Shown: positions 28,787 through 39,533 of the stretch, piece by piece
How positions within the stretch are numbered: the stretch's first letter is position 1
Layout: every line of letters begins with the position of its first letter
Source: a virus
Taxonomy: Duplodnaviria; Heunggongvirae; Uroviricota; Caudoviricetes
Strand: one strand, 5' to 3'
IMG/VR virus record: IMGVR_UViG_3300035208_002606
DNA: 64,000 nt
Notes under the pieces: generated by a model
Database searches by the model: none
The model's input: only the letters and a program-made list of their open reading frames with translations
Told to the model about the DNA's origin: nothing
Position numbers and translations under genes: made by a program

Positions 28787-29026
28787 ATGGATTATTCCAT
28801 TGGGTTTCGTGGTGATTTGTTTTCTTTTTTATTGGTTAGGATAATGAATAAAACACAATACAAAGAAGGCGACATAATAGACACCCCTAAAGAGATGAAT
28901 ATCAAATCCATCAATGAAGAAAAACAAACTGCCATGTTGGTGTGGATTGATGTTAAATCAGGAATGCCCTGTCGCTGTGAAGTTCCTTTAAGTGAATTAC
29001 AAAAGGTGGAGAGGGAACCAAATTGA
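28787..29026 (+). CDS. Hypothetical protein (start uncertain)
   Basis: Packed ORF. Confidence 0.45.
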   Translation: MDYSIGFRGDLFSFLLVRIMNKTQYKEGDIIDTPKEMNIKSINEEKQTAMLVWIDVKSGMPCRCEVPLSELQKVEREPN

Positions 29027-29448
29027 AATACAATTCTTTAGAACTTCATTGGCTTCAAAAAAAATCCAAAGATTTATTCTATCCAAACTTATTGTTTGTG
29101 TCGGAATTAAAAAGTGCGGGTGGGTATTTTCTCCATCCTAGAAAATCAGAAGTTTGGATTGGTAATCGGGTTTATGATTTAACCAAGGGGATGATTATTG
29201 TCACCGAAATATGGGACGATAAAGAAATTCCCAATACGATTGCCCACGAATGGAGACACTTTTTACAATATCATAAATTTGGACCGATTAAAGGCACACA
29301 ATTTAACAATAAAATACCTTATCCAAGTGCAATCAAATCCTTTTTTCAAAATCCTTTTGAGAGGGACGCATTGTTGTATTCTCATAAAGTAGCACCAAGT
29401 TCAACATCAGATTATTGGATGGAAATAATAAATGAAAATGATAAATAG
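29023..29448 (+). CDS. Putative zincin metallopeptidase
   Basis: TIAHEWRHFLQ (HExxH) and a downstream PFERDA. Confidence 0.65.
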   Translation: MKYNSLELHWLQKKSKDLFYPNLLFVSELKSAGGYFLHPRKSEVWIGNRVYDLTKGMIIVTEIWDDKEIPNTIAHEWRHFLQYHKFGPIKGTQFNNKIPYPSAIKSFFQNPFERDALLYSHKVAPSSTSDYWMEIINENDK

Positions 29449-29536
29449 TAGTGAGGGACAGGGTTCGCTACCTTTTCAAAACACTCCTGATGTTTTGAAT
29501 GACCTCACTAATATTTTGGTTTTCAGGAGGAACTAA
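29441..29536 (+). promoter_or_regulatory. Endonuclease leader element copy 3
   Basis: ATAAATA; P1 tagtgagg/cctcacta; P3 ttcaaaaca/tgttttgaa; loop ctcctga pairs with tcaggag. Confidence 0.8.
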
Positions 29537-30241
29537 ATGGAAAAAAATGGATTGATTTATGTCGGGATAAATTTAGAAAATGGAAAAAAATATGTAGGGT
29601 GTACTCGACATACTTTAGAAACAAGATTAAAATATCATTTTTATGATTTAAAAAGAGGCAAAAGATATGCGTTTAATCAAGCGCTTGATAAATATGGATT
29701 ATCTAAATTTATTTTTATAACTATTCCTATTTCTTTTGAAAAAATGCATCATTATGAAGCATTGGCAATTAGATTTTTAAAAACCAAATCACATCAAAAC
29801 GGTTATAATATTTGTGATGGTGGCAGGGGAATAAAGGACTATACGGGAGAGATTAGAAAAAAAATAAGTAAAAATCATGCCGATGTAAGTGGCGAAAAAA
29901 ATCCCATGTTTGGTAAAAAACGGACACAAAAAGAAAAAGATAATTTATCAAAAATGAGAACAGGAAAAATAGGTTATATTAGAACAGAGGAGACAAATCA
30001 AAAACTCTCAATATCAATGAAAAAATATTGGGCAAGTGGTTTACACACCGATAGAAAAAGAGAGAATCACCCAAGAGCAAGAGCAGTAATATTAAAATCC
30101 CCAAATGGAACAGAGTATAATCTCCCTTGTTATCATCCTTTTTGTAAAGAATACAATTTAAACCCCACCCGTATTCGCTCTGTTTTACAAGGAAAACAAC
30201 AAAGTCATCACGGTTGGTCGGGGAGATATATAGAAAAATGA
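29537..30241 (+). CDS. GIY-YIG homing endonuclease
   Basis: GLIY..NLENGKKYVG.T, GYNICDGG, GEKNPMFGK. Confidence 0.85.
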   Translation: MEKNGLIYVGINLENGKKYVGCTRHTLETRLKYHFYDLKRGKRYAFNQALDKYGLSKFIFITIPISFEKMHHYEALAIRFLKTKSHQNGYNICDGGRGIKDYTGEIRKKISKNHADVSGEKNPMFGKKRTQKEKDNLSKMRTGKIGYIRTEETNQKLSISMKKYWASGLHTDRKRENHPRARAVILKSPNGTEYNLPCYHPFCKEYNLNPTRIRSVLQGKQQSHHGWSGRYIEK

Positions 30242-31263
30242 AAATTTTATGTTTTACTGATTTACATATAGGTAAAAACGCAAGTAATTCTTATTTTTTA
30301 GAATTAGACAAAAAAGCAATCAATGCTATTTGTGAAGAAATAAAAAAAGAAAATATTGAAAAGGTTATTTTTTTGGGTGATTTTTTTCATAATCGTAGTG
30401 AATCATCTCCAAAAGCATTAGTAGTGGCTAGAAAAATATTAGACCAATTAAATTCTTTAAATATTCCGATAATAATGATATTAGGAAATCATTGTACGTT
30501 TTATAACAACCGAAAAGATTACAACTATTACAGGATTTTTGATGGGTTATTCGAAAATATTACTTTTGTGGAATCATTTTTAGAAGACGGAGAATTTCTT
30601 TATGTCGGTTGGATGCAAACCCCTGAAGAAGAAAAACGGTACGAGGAACTTTCCAAAAATTACAAATGGATTTTCGGACACTTTGAGTTCAGGGGTGCGG
30701 AGATGTCGGAGTATTACAAGACAACTAGCGGCCTAGAGAACAACAATACCACTTCGTATATCTTCTCAGGCCACATCCACCAACGCTCCCGCCAGGGGCG
30801 GCTTCATTATATCGGCTCCCCTTATCCGCAGACTTGGTCGGGCAGGAACAGAAAGGATTACGGCTTCGTTATTGTGGACACGGAGACGGAAGAGATAAAA
30901 TTCACGGACTTGGAGTTGTACCACTTTAACGAGTACAAACTTCAAAAACTCCTGATGCAAATCAAGATGGACAAGGAAGCAGTCAAGAAGGAAATGATAC
31001 ACTCCGAAACCAAAGTCATAGTCGATATCCCCTTGAGCGAGAAAGACCTTGCGGATGTCAAGATTTTCCTGAACACTTTTCAACCTAAGAATCTCTTGGT
31101 GGAGAAGGAAGACCAAACGATAGTTTCCGAGAATATTAGTTACGACAAGTTGCAACTTTCAGACCCCACATCCTTCATCACGGATTATATCACGGGGATG
31201 AAAATTGATGCCTTGCAGAAAAACAGGATACTTGACAAGGTGCAAAAAATCCTGAACCAATAA
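30238..31263 (+). CDS. Mre11/SbcD-like recombination nuclease (T4 gp47-like)
   Basis: DLHIG, GDFFHNR, GNH, GHFE, SGHIH, YIGSP. Confidence 0.92.
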   Translation: MKILCFTDLHIGKNASNSYFLELDKKAINAICEEIKKENIEKVIFLGDFFHNRSESSPKALVVARKILDQLNSLNIPIIMILGNHCTFYNNRKDYNYYRIFDGLFENITFVESFLEDGEFLYVGWMQTPEEEKRYEELSKNYKWIFGHFEFRGAEMSEYYKTTSGLENNNTTSYIFSGHIHQRSRQGRLHYIGSPYPQTWSGRNRKDYGFVIVDTETEEIKFTDLELYHFNEYKLQKLLMQIKMDKEAVKKEMIHSETKVIVDIPLSEKDLADVKIFLNTFQPKNLLVEKEDQTIVSENISYDKLQLSDPTSFITDYITGMKIDALQKNRILDKVQKILNQ

Positions 31264-32309
31264 TGGCAAACGATATTTTAAATTTCCTGAAGCATTTGGT
31301 GATTTCAAGGCACGGGTCTTTGGAGAAGGCCCGTTGGTCTGTCACGGGCGCAGGGGAAGTAAATTGCCGCTGTCCTTACTGTCTCGACAGCAAGAGGAAC
31401 CCGCACAAGAAACGATTTTACTACAGCCTGAAAGATGGAGTTTTTTACTGTCATAACTGCCAAAGAAAGGGGCCGCTTGCCAAACTTCTTAACGACTTCA
31501 AAAATGTTCCTACCGTTGACTACGACAGCCTCTTAAAGAACGCCAACCTACAAAAAGTTAAGGATTTTATAGACGGCGAACAGCGCATTCAGGAGCAGAA
31601 GGTTCAGGAGGCTGAATGGAGTTTGGAGTATCCTGACGGCGCAAGGTTGGATTCGCTCTTTGCGGACAAGGTCTACAAGAAACTTCCAAGTGAGGACAAA
31701 GCCGCCCTGCTCAAGGCTTGCAAGTATCTTCAGAGCAGGGGAGTGAAGAAGGAGTGGTACAGGTATTTTTATTTTGTTTTCCCTGAAGAAGAAAATGACC
31801 AATATATCCTGACCCTGTTCGAGTACAACGGCAGTTGGGTTTGGAGTGGGAGAAAGATTGACGACAACAGGCCTGGACCCAAATACTTGCATCTCAAGGG
31901 ATTCCCTTTTCATCTCGCCTTGGGATTTGCCAACGAAGTCAGCACCACTAAGGGGGATAAGTTGTATGTGGTGGAATCATTTTGGAGTGCTTTATTATTA
32001 AATCAATCGAATTTAAATTCCGTTTGTGTTTTTGGATTAATGAATATGAAAGCAGACCATTCTCCATTAGATATATTTCGGAAAAAATACGAATTAATAT
32101 GGGTTCCCGATAATGATGACACGCTTCAGCAGTTTTACGAAATGAACAGGGGTGCGGCTAGGAAAATGAAAATTGTTTTGGTCCCCGAAAAGGATGTGGC
32201 AGACAGCGCAGTCAAACAGGGAGACAATTTCCGCAAGTGGTTCCTGTCCCGCAAGAAAATTTCCCTTTATGATTTTAAGACATTGAATTTATTAAAAACG
32301 ATTTTTTAA
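31263..32309 (+). CDS. DNA primase (T4 gp61-like)
   Basis: CRCPYC.DS...CHNC Zn finger; TOPRIM VVES...PDND...KDVAD. Confidence 0.88.
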   Translation: MANDILNFLKHLVISRHGSLEKARWSVTGAGEVNCRCPYCLDSKRNPHKKRFYYSLKDGVFYCHNCQRKGPLAKLLNDFKNVPTVDYDSLLKNANLQKVKDFIDGEQRIQEQKVQEAEWSLEYPDGARLDSLFADKVYKKLPSEDKAALLKACKYLQSRGVKKEWYRYFYFVFPEEENDQYILTLFEYNGSWVWSGRKIDDNRPGPKYLHLKGFPFHLALGFANEVSTTKGDKLYVVESFWSALLLNQSNLNSVCVFGLMNMKADHSPLDIFRKKYELIWVPDNDDTLQQFYEMNRGAARKMKIVLVPEKDVADSAVKQGDNFRKWFLSRKKISLYDFKTLNLLKTIF

Positions 32310-32375
32310 AAAGTTAGATTTTTAACGATTTTCATAAATAGATGTGAACATGAAAACGAAAGGAGTGTACACATT

Positions 32376-32900
32376 ATGGAAATCAAAATCATTCACCAAG
32401 AAGAACTCGTAAAGAACCCCGCTAAGTGGTTACTCAAAAATATGGAACTTTGTGAAGAAGAACAAAAAATGTATGTGAGATATCCGATTGACAAGGCCAA
32501 GGAACTCCGCATCTTTTTCAAGAATACCTTGCTGGAGCCTGAGAAGAGAGAACACATCAAAAAGGTTTGGAAATCAGGAGAGGGTATTGAGGAACTCTTG
32601 GAATCCCTTTGGATTGTTAAGAGTACTTCTTCAGGCGTTCTTTTATTTGTCCCGTACGAAACAGAGGCTAGCGACAAGTCAGGAGTGTTCGTTCTGACAA
32701 TTTCCAAGTCATACTTTTATCCCTCACCACTATATTTTAAACGAAGCCATATTACGGGCCAGGCCATCTCCTTATTTTATTCAACCCCGAAGAGTATTAT
32801 TTTTCTGTTAGGAGAGGATACCGTCAACCTTGTGTACAATAATGCCAATTCCATCTCCCTCAAGAAGTATATCGATATTGACACGATAGAGAAGAAATAA
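32376..32900 (+). CDS. Hypothetical protein (late promoter upstream)
   Basis: ATAAATA at 32334, AAGGAG RBS. Confidence 0.6.
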   Translation: MEIKIIHQEELVKNPAKWLLKNMELCEEEQKMYVRYPIDKAKELRIFFKNTLLEPEKREHIKKVWKSGEGIEELLESLWIVKSTSSGVLLFVPYETEASDKSGVFVLTISKSYFYPSPLYFKRSHITGQAISLFYSTPKSIIFLLGEDTVNLVYNNANSISLKKYIDIDTIEKK

Positions 32901-32952
32901 TCTCCCTTGTCTGCCAATTCAATAAATAGTATTGACTGAACAGGAGGAAATT

Positions 32953-33636
32953 ATGGCTTATCCATTCATCGATGTCATTGGTGGCGGTTTAACAGTTGAA
33001 GATTGGTTTAAAAATCAATGCATGTATATAGGCACACAAAAATCTGCTTTGAGATTGTTATCAATTGTACGAAATCAATTACATAAATATGAACATTCAA
33101 AAACAATGACTCCTGAAACTTTAAAAAAAATGAAAAAATTGGAGTCTAAATTAATATCAAAAGGAAAATCCTCGCTCAGTCAAGATTTTATAGAGAATTT
33201 AGACTTGGATGATTATCAGGTCGCCGTCCCGAAAAAGAGACCATCAAGGGCCGACCTTCTAAAGATGAGACATGCTGATGAATCGTACACTCCCAACATC
33301 GACAAACTCGTGGATGAGAACAATCGGCGTTATACGATGGACGAGTTCAACGATATTTACGAGGATATGCAAATGAAGGAAGGCTTCGGGCAAAATCCTA
33401 CCAATCCTGCCGCACAGAAGCGTCTAGCCGCAACTCAACAGACAGCGACCAAAGACCCTCAGGCCAAGAGGCTTATCGGGACAATTCAAAGAGATAAGGA
33501 AGCCCTGATAAAGCAAATCCAGAACTTGAGAAAAACAAAAGACCCTAATACACAAAGAATGTATGCCGACAATAACCTGAGAAAGATTTCGGACATTGGA
33601 GAATTAACCAATATTTTAGCCTCTTTGGGTCAATAA
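32953..33636 (+). CDS. Hypothetical late protein
   Basis: ATAAATA at 32922, AGGAGG RBS before ATG 32953. Confidence 0.6.
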   Translation: MAYPFIDVIGGGLTVEDWFKNQCMYIGTQKSALRLLSIVRNQLHKYEHSKTMTPETLKKMKKLESKLISKGKSSLSQDFIENLDLDDYQVAVPKKRPSRADLLKMRHADESYTPNIDKLVDENNRRYTMDEFNDIYEDMQMKEGFGQNPTNPAAQKRLAATQQTATKDPQAKRLIGTIQRDKEALIKQIQNLRKTKDPNTQRMYADNNLRKISDIGELTNILASLGQ

Positions 33637-33683
33637 TTTACTACAGTTTGTGGTATAATTAAGGTAGGAGTTTAATTCCAAGA

Positions 33684-34235
33684 ATGACTAAAATTTGCCC
33701 ATGTTGTAAAAAAGAAAAAGATTTAGAATTAGGGTTTTCTAAGTGCCGCAGATGTAAAAGTGGCTACGCATCTTATTGTAAAAAATGTGTAAGAGAACTC
33801 CAATATAAATGGGAAAAAGAAAATAAACAACACCGAATAGAATATCAAAAAAAATGGAGACAAGGAGATAAATTTAAAGAATGGAGCAGTCGATGGAACC
33901 AAACACCTCGACGTAAAAAACACAATAAAAAACGCTACAAAAAATATTATCAAACCCCGAAAGGACACGCAGTTATTAATTTAATTAAAGCAAAACGAAG
34001 AGAGAAAAAACGGCAACTAATAAATGACTTAACAGCAAATCAAGTTTTAGAACTTCTTCAAGAACAAAATAACAAGTGTAAAATTTGTCAAAAGAATTTT
34101 TCTGAAAATTTACCCTATACCCTTGACCATATTTTTCCCGTTTCATTATCTAAACCCGGAGACCCTGGTTTAACAAAAAGTAATGTACAATTACTTTGTG
34201 CAATTTGTAACAGAAGGAAATCAAATAAAATATGA
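33684..34235 (+). CDS. HNH endonuclease with an N-terminal Zn finger
   Basis: CKIC...LDHIFP...NVQLLCAICNRRK. Confidence 0.88.
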   Translation: MTKICPCCKKEKDLELGFSKCRRCKSGYASYCKKCVRELQYKWEKENKQHRIEYQKKWRQGDKFKEWSSRWNQTPRRKKHNKKRYKKYYQTPKGHAVINLIKAKRREKKRQLINDLTANQVLELLQEQNNKCKICQKNFSENLPYTLDHIFPVSLSKPGDPGLTKSNVQLLCAICNRRKSNKI

Positions 34236-36001
34236 ATGAATTAGTATTTAAAGATGTAGAAATGAGAAATTTTTTAAGCGTGGGGAATAAACCTTTAGCA
34301 ATAACTTTTGATAGAGGTCTTAATTTTTGCTGCGGTTGGAATCATCACACCGCCTCCTCAAACGGTGTGGGTAAGACGGTAATATTCTACTCGTCCATTC
34401 TCTACGGACTTTTTGGAGAAACGGGTCGGGATATTAAGCAAGCCAACCTCATTAACTACCGCAACAGGCAGAAGATGTACGTGCGCTTGACGATAGAGAA
34501 GAACGGGGAGGAAATCGTCATCTACAGAGGCCGCAAACCCAATGTTTTCTACTACATCCATAACGGTACGACTTATCAGAACGACAATGTCTACGAAACT
34601 CAGACCCAACTTAACAAACTTCTCGATATTTCCGAGGATATCTTCACAAATGTCTTTATTATCAACGCTTCGGATATACTAGATTTTATCAAGGAAGAAG
34701 GAAGTGTTAAACTCCGAGACCGCTTCGAAAAACTATTCTTCAAGGATGTGATATTCAAAAAAGTCCTTGAAACCGTCCGCAAGGAATACAACATCGTTCA
34801 GAAACAGCAGGAACTCAACCAATCCAAGATTCAGGAAAAGATAACATTCCTCAAGAGGCTCAAGGCCATTATCACTTCTTCCAAAAAGACCGACAACTAC
34901 GAAAAACAGTTAGAAAAGTATAACCAACGAAGCAAGGAACTCCAAGAAAAACTGATGCTTGTCGAAAATAAAATTTCCCAACGCCAAGACATCGAAAAAT
35001 CCAAAAAATTAAAGGAAAAACGGAAGGAGTACTTGGAGAAGCATCACGAAATCACTTCCAAAATCTATTACTACGAAGAAAAGATAAAAGAGACAGACGA
35101 AAAGATGAAAACCGTCTTCTCCGCAGAGTCCACTTGCCCCCTTTGCCGTCAAAATATCAACGAACACACAAGAGAGAAGTTAGACAAGGAATATCATCAG
35201 GAATATTCCGAACTGCAAAGGTTAAAAAAAGAATTCGAGGCCAATTCCACCCTCTGTCGAAGAAAATTGGACAAAATCAACGAGTTGGACGGACAAATTC
35301 AGGACACAATCTACAAGTACGACCAAGAAAAGACCAACACCAAGACCGCACTCAACGAAATCGCCCAACAAATCAAGTTTTTTCAGGAAAATTACAAGAC
35401 CCACTTGGGAATGGTGCAGGAGTTCAATGCCGTTCGTTCAGATTTACTTAAAATCCGCAACGAGAACGGCTCTCTCGATACCGAAAGAGAAGACTTAACC
35501 CTTTTGGCGCAACTCTTCGACAACTCTTCAGGCGGGATTCTCAATTTCTTCATCGAGAAGGTGCTGAAAGTTCTGAACTTAATCATTCTCAAGTACATCA
35601 GGCAGATGAATATGGACTTCACCTTCCACTTTGACTCCAACCTGAGGTTGAAATTCGATGTTCTCGACACCCTCTCCCTCAATAACTTTAGCGGTGGGGA
35701 GAAAAAAATAATCAACTTCATCGTGCTGTTCAGCCTGTTGGAATTTTTCTACCAAACTTTGAATTTCAAGCCGTCCATCCTGATAATTGACGAGATTGCA
35801 GACACCGCAATATCTAGTTCCAAGGTTGACCTCATCTTTGGGATTCTTGCCAAGTTCAACAAGGATAGCAATGTCGGCGTGTACTGCCTTTCACACGATT
35901 ACGGAGTTCAGCACAATTCCGTCATTCAGTTTGACAGGGTAATAGAATTAGAAAAGAAAAACGGTTTTACAGGAATAAAAGAAATCAAGAACAATAAATA
36001 A
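34232..36001 (+). CDS. Rad50/SbcC-like recombination ATPase (T4 gp46-like)
   Basis: NFLSVGN, NGVGKT, CPLC hook, FSGGEK, IIDE, SH. Confidence 0.92.
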   Translation: MNELVFKDVEMRNFLSVGNKPLAITFDRGLNFCCGWNHHTASSNGVGKTVIFYSSILYGLFGETGRDIKQANLINYRNRQKMYVRLTIEKNGEEIVIYRGRKPNVFYYIHNGTTYQNDNVYETQTQLNKLLDISEDIFTNVFIINASDILDFIKEEGSVKLRDRFEKLFFKDVIFKKVLETVRKEYNIVQKQQELNQSKIQEKITFLKRLKAIITSSKKTDNYEKQLEKYNQRSKELQEKLMLVENKISQRQDIEKSKKLKEKRKEYLEKHHEITSKIYYYEEKIKETDEKMKTVFSAESTCPLCRQNINEHTREKLDKEYHQEYSELQRLKKEFEANSTLCRRKLDKINELDGQIQDTIYKYDQEKTNTKTALNEIAQQIKFFQENYKTHLGMVQEFNAVRSDLLKIRNENGSLDTEREDLTLLAQLFDNSSGGILNFFIEKVLKVLNLIILKYIRQMNMDFTFHFDSNLRLKFDVLDTLSLNNFSGGEKKIINFIVLFSLLEFFYQTLNFKPSILIIDEIADTAISSSKVDLIFGILAKFNKDSNVGVYCLSHDYGVQHNSVIQFDRVIELEKKNGFTGIKEIKNNK

Positions 36002-36005
36002 CAGT

Positions 36006-36803
36006 ATGGAAGGAATCGTCTATATCGGCACTAATTTGAAGAATGGGAAACAATATATTGGGAAAACAACTAGAGAATTAAAGGAAAGAACGAAAGAGCA
36101 TGAAAAAGAAAATGGGTGTCGTTGTATTCATTCAGCAATCAAAAAATATGGTATAGAAAACTTCAAATGGATTCCTATAAAATATTTTATTGATGAGTTA
36201 AATGAAATGGAAATGTTTTGGATTAAAACTTTAAATACGGAAACACCGAAGGGATATAATTTAACAAATGGTGGAGATGGCGGGGATACTTTTACTAACA
36301 ATTTAAAAAAAGAAAAAATAAGAGAAAAATCAAAAAAAGCATCACAAAAATATTGGGGGGAACATCCTGAAAAGAAAAAAGAACAATCGACAAAATGGAA
36401 AGGAAAAAATAATCCTATGTTTGGAAAAAAAGGAGAATTATCTCCATATTGGGGTAAAAAAAGACCCCAATATGGGTTAAAAGGAGAAAAAAATCCTTTT
36501 TTTGGAAAACATCATTCTGAAGCAAGTAAAAAAGCAATGAGTAAAAAAAGGATAGGGAAAACAGTTCCACACACAGAAGAATGGAACGAAAATATTTCAA
36601 AAGCACTTATGGGAAAACACCCCACAGAAGAAACGAAAAATAAAATAAGAAATACAATTATTAACAATAAAATATCTGCTGGAAAAAACAACCCCATGTA
36701 TGGTCGGAGCCTTTATTCAGTCTGGGTTGAAAAATATGGAAAAGAAATCGCAGATGAAAAATACAAAAACTGGATAAATAATAAGAGACGGAAAATAATA
36801 TGA
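36006..36803 (+). CDS. GIY-YIG homing endonuclease with NUMOD3 repeats
   Basis: GIVY..NGKQYIGKT, GYNLTNGG, NPFFGKHHSE. Confidence 0.88.
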   Translation: MEGIVYIGTNLKNGKQYIGKTTRELKERTKEHEKENGCRCIHSAIKKYGIENFKWIPIKYFIDELNEMEMFWIKTLNTETPKGYNLTNGGDGGDTFTNNLKKEKIREKSKKASQKYWGEHPEKKKEQSTKWKGKNNPMFGKKGELSPYWGKKRPQYGLKGEKNPFFGKHHSEASKKAMSKKRIGKTVPHTEEWNENISKALMGKHPTEETKNKIRNTIINNKISAGKNNPMYGRSLYSVWVEKYGKEIADEKYKNWINNKRRKII

Positions 36804-37423
36804 TTAATATAGCATTAGTAATCGGCAGATTCCAGCCTTTGACTAAAGGACATGTCGAGTTGGCAAACTACGCATTGAGTTCAAAAGAAAATAATGACTT
36901 GGTATTTATGGCTATCATCGAAGGGGTCAAAACATCCGAAGATAAAACCCGCAATCCTCTTTCGGGTGGCATGCGGGAGCAAATTATCAGGAAAGCGATA
37001 CCTAGCACCAAATTGGAAACCATTATTTGCGGGTCGGCAAATATTCCTGTTATTGCATTTCAAATCATTGAGAACAGGGTGATGGAGCCGTATGATAAGA
37101 AATATCATTTCACCATCTACTCAGGTCCAGACCGTGTGAAAGCATACGAAGCCCAAACTGCCCCAAAGTACATAGAACAACTGAAGAGCGACCTTAACCG
37201 CCCCGACTTGGAAATCACTTTCAGCGTCAACAGCGACCTCCCAAAAAATTATGACGCTACGAAACTTCGGGATGCCATTCGTGCGGGTCAGGACGCTGAA
37301 GCGAGGGGAATGTTGGGGATAGAGGATGAAGGCACATACGATGAAATCAAAGCGGAAGTCGAGAAAGGAATAAAAAAGGAAGCAATGGAGACAAAAATTA
37401 AATCTATATTGGAGAGACTATAA
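36800..37423 (+). CDS. Cytidylyltransferase-like (HxGH-class) nucleotidyltransferase
   Basis: GRFQPLTKGH, RNPLS, GPDR, ATKLRDAI. Confidence 0.8.
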   Translation: MINIALVIGRFQPLTKGHVELANYALSSKENNDLVFMAIIEGVKTSEDKTRNPLSGGMREQIIRKAIPSTKLETIICGSANIPVIAFQIIENRVMEPYDKKYHFTIYSGPDRVKAYEAQTAPKYIEQLKSDLNRPDLEITFSVNSDLPKNYDATKLRDAIRAGQDAEARGMLGIEDEGTYDEIKAEVEKGIKKEAMETKIKSILERL

Positions 37424-39501
37424 TGAACAATTATGCAGCGGAAAAATTTGGTAGCGATAATGCGGCTTGCGAACAAGACGGAAAGACAGCGTCAGGAAAA
37501 ATCGTAACGGAAGACGAACTGTTGGCGCTGCAGGAAGAAACCCTGAAGCGTCAAAGTGCGGGTGAGGCTGTTCACGATGAAGGTCCAGAGGAAGAAGAAG
37601 AACTTGAGGAAGTAGAGGATTTTGACGGGGAGGAATACGGTCTAGATAATTTACCAGAAATGTTAAAAAATGAAGAAGAGTATTTTGGGCCACAGGACAC
37701 TCCTTTGGGGGATGAATACGGAAGTGGGGCTGATGTTTACGAAGGCCTTGACCACCGCTATGACAGGACGGAATATTATTTCCTGACCGAAGAATTGGAT
37801 TGGGACAAACTCGAAAGCGACCCGACCCAATTGTTCACCATAGGCAACAGCAAGGTTGCCGCAGATACCATTATCTACAACCTACAACCCGCAAGATTCT
37901 GTCCTTCGTTCGAGAACGGAATGTGCAAGATTGTTCAGCCCGTAGGCGGCGAGTTTAAGATTGCTTGCTACGCTTATCAGGACGAGCGGCAGTACGATGT
38001 CGCACTCCAACTCCGTCTCCGTCAGATGAGATTTTGGGACACTCATTCAGCCGAAGATATTTACAAGAAACTAGAGGAGTTTTATTATCACAAAAAAGTC
38101 AGAGGCGGTTCAATGGTGTACGCCATCGGCAAGGGGGCAAAGACTAAAACGGCGCACCGTGCCGCAAGAAAGGCAACCCACTTAGGCCGTCCCGAAAAAG
38201 GTTCAGACAGAATGCCCGTCAAGAGCAAGAAACTGAAGTACATCCGCTTCAATCAATCAGGAGACTTGAAGGATAAGGAAGACGCTATCAAGATGGACGA
38301 AGTGGCAAGACTCGCAAAGGAAAAACTTGGTCTTGATTCGTACAGTTATACGGCAAGAAAGGACATCTTAAATCAGTACAAATTCAAATATGTTCACATG
38401 AACGGCTCAGGATTTAATGCCGTCACCGCCATCAACGAGCCTGTTGCGGGTGGAAGAGGCGTGAAGTCCCTAGGAAAAACTTTCGCCGCCTTTCCGTCCC
38501 TCAGAGATAAAAAGGGCAATTGGATGGAAAGAGACCCGAAGGTAAAAATTTATTACGAGGACATCTTCGAAAAACTCCTTCCTGACGGAAGCCCGAACCC
38601 CAAATTCGACAAGTACACCAAAGTCAACCCTTCGGGGTGGTATGCCTGTCCTGGGGATTGCAACTCCTGCCCCGCCTGCAAGGTTGACAAGTTCAAGAAT
38701 ATCGCCGTGAAAATTCACAGGTCATTCCACAAGATTGCATCGGATTGGCACGATGTCGAGAAAGTCGGCGCAAAGGGATACAGAGTTCATCAAAAATTCG
38801 ACCCGTACGAAAGGGGTAAGAAGGGTGAAGCCTTAAAGTGGTCTAAGGAAATGGAAGCGGAATACGAAGCAAGAGCGGAGAAACTTCGCAAGCAGGACGA
38901 GTTCAGCAAACTTCCGAAGAAGGAAAAAGAGAAAATCGCCGCAGACGCATTGAACCACGAATACGAAGCGTTTGATATTGACATGAATCCTGACTCTTAC
39001 GAAGACTGGCAAAAGATTGTCAAGAAGTGGGAAGACAAGGTTAAGAAGTTGAAGTTAAATGTTCCTATTGCCAAGATGAGAGCGGCTCATGGCGTTCCCG
39101 ATAATCGAACCATTAACAAGACAAGAAAACTGATGACGGCAGAGGACATTGATAAGTTCGCAACGGAAGAGGAGAAGGAGTTTTTGAGGGAGTCGATGGG
39201 TGATAAGGTCATGGATTGGAAATCTTATGCGGCAAAACTTAAAAAGAAGAGCATAGATGAACTATTATACATGAGAAAAGATGCATATGAAGCGGCACAG
39301 GCAGGAGACGATTTGGAAAAGGCGGGATTGCCAAATAACGGTGGTTATTACTGGGACGAAGTTCATATGATAACGGATGAACTCAGGAGACGGAAAAAGG
39401 AATTGGAAAGTGTGCCATTAGACCCTGAACCCATATACGGCAATGACGGGGAAGAAATTAAAGACCTCCCCGATGACGATTATTATCGAGAGGACCGCTA
39501 A
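37423..39501 (+). CDS. Large protein with a Gp88-like Cys-rich domain and an acidic N-terminus
   Basis: GNSK..IYNLQPARFCP..C..CYA, IRFNQSGD, YSYT, CPGDCNSCPAC. Confidence 0.6.
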   Translation: MNNYAAEKFGSDNAACEQDGKTASGKIVTEDELLALQEETLKRQSAGEAVHDEGPEEEEELEEVEDFDGEEYGLDNLPEMLKNEEEYFGPQDTPLGDEYGSGADVYEGLDHRYDRTEYYFLTEELDWDKLESDPTQLFTIGNSKVAADTIIYNLQPARFCPSFENGMCKIVQPVGGEFKIACYAYQDERQYDVALQLRLRQMRFWDTHSAEDIYKKLEEFYYHKKVRGGSMVYAIGKGAKTKTAHRAARKATHLGRPEKGSDRMPVKSKKLKYIRFNQSGDLKDKEDAIKMDEVARLAKEKLGLDSYSYTARKDILNQYKFKYVHMNGSGFNAVTAINEPVAGGRGVKSLGKTFAAFPSLRDKKGNWMERDPKVKIYYEDIFEKLLPDGSPNPKFDKYTKVNPSGWYACPGDCNSCPACKVDKFKNIAVKIHRSFHKIASDWHDVEKVGAKGYRVHQKFDPYERGKKGEALKWSKEMEAEYEARAEKLRKQDEFSKLPKKEKEKIAADALNHEYEAFDIDMNPDSYEDWQKIVKKWEDKVKKLKLNVPIAKMRAAHGVPDNRTINKTRKLMTAEDIDKFATEEEKEFLRESMGDKVMDWKSYAAKLKKKSIDELLYMRKDAYEAAQAGDDLEKAGLPNNGGYYWDEVHMITDELRRRKKELESVPLDPEPIYGNDGEEIKDLPDDDYYREDR

Positions 39502-39533
39502 CCAAAATTAAAATAGGAGACGAATGAGAAAGA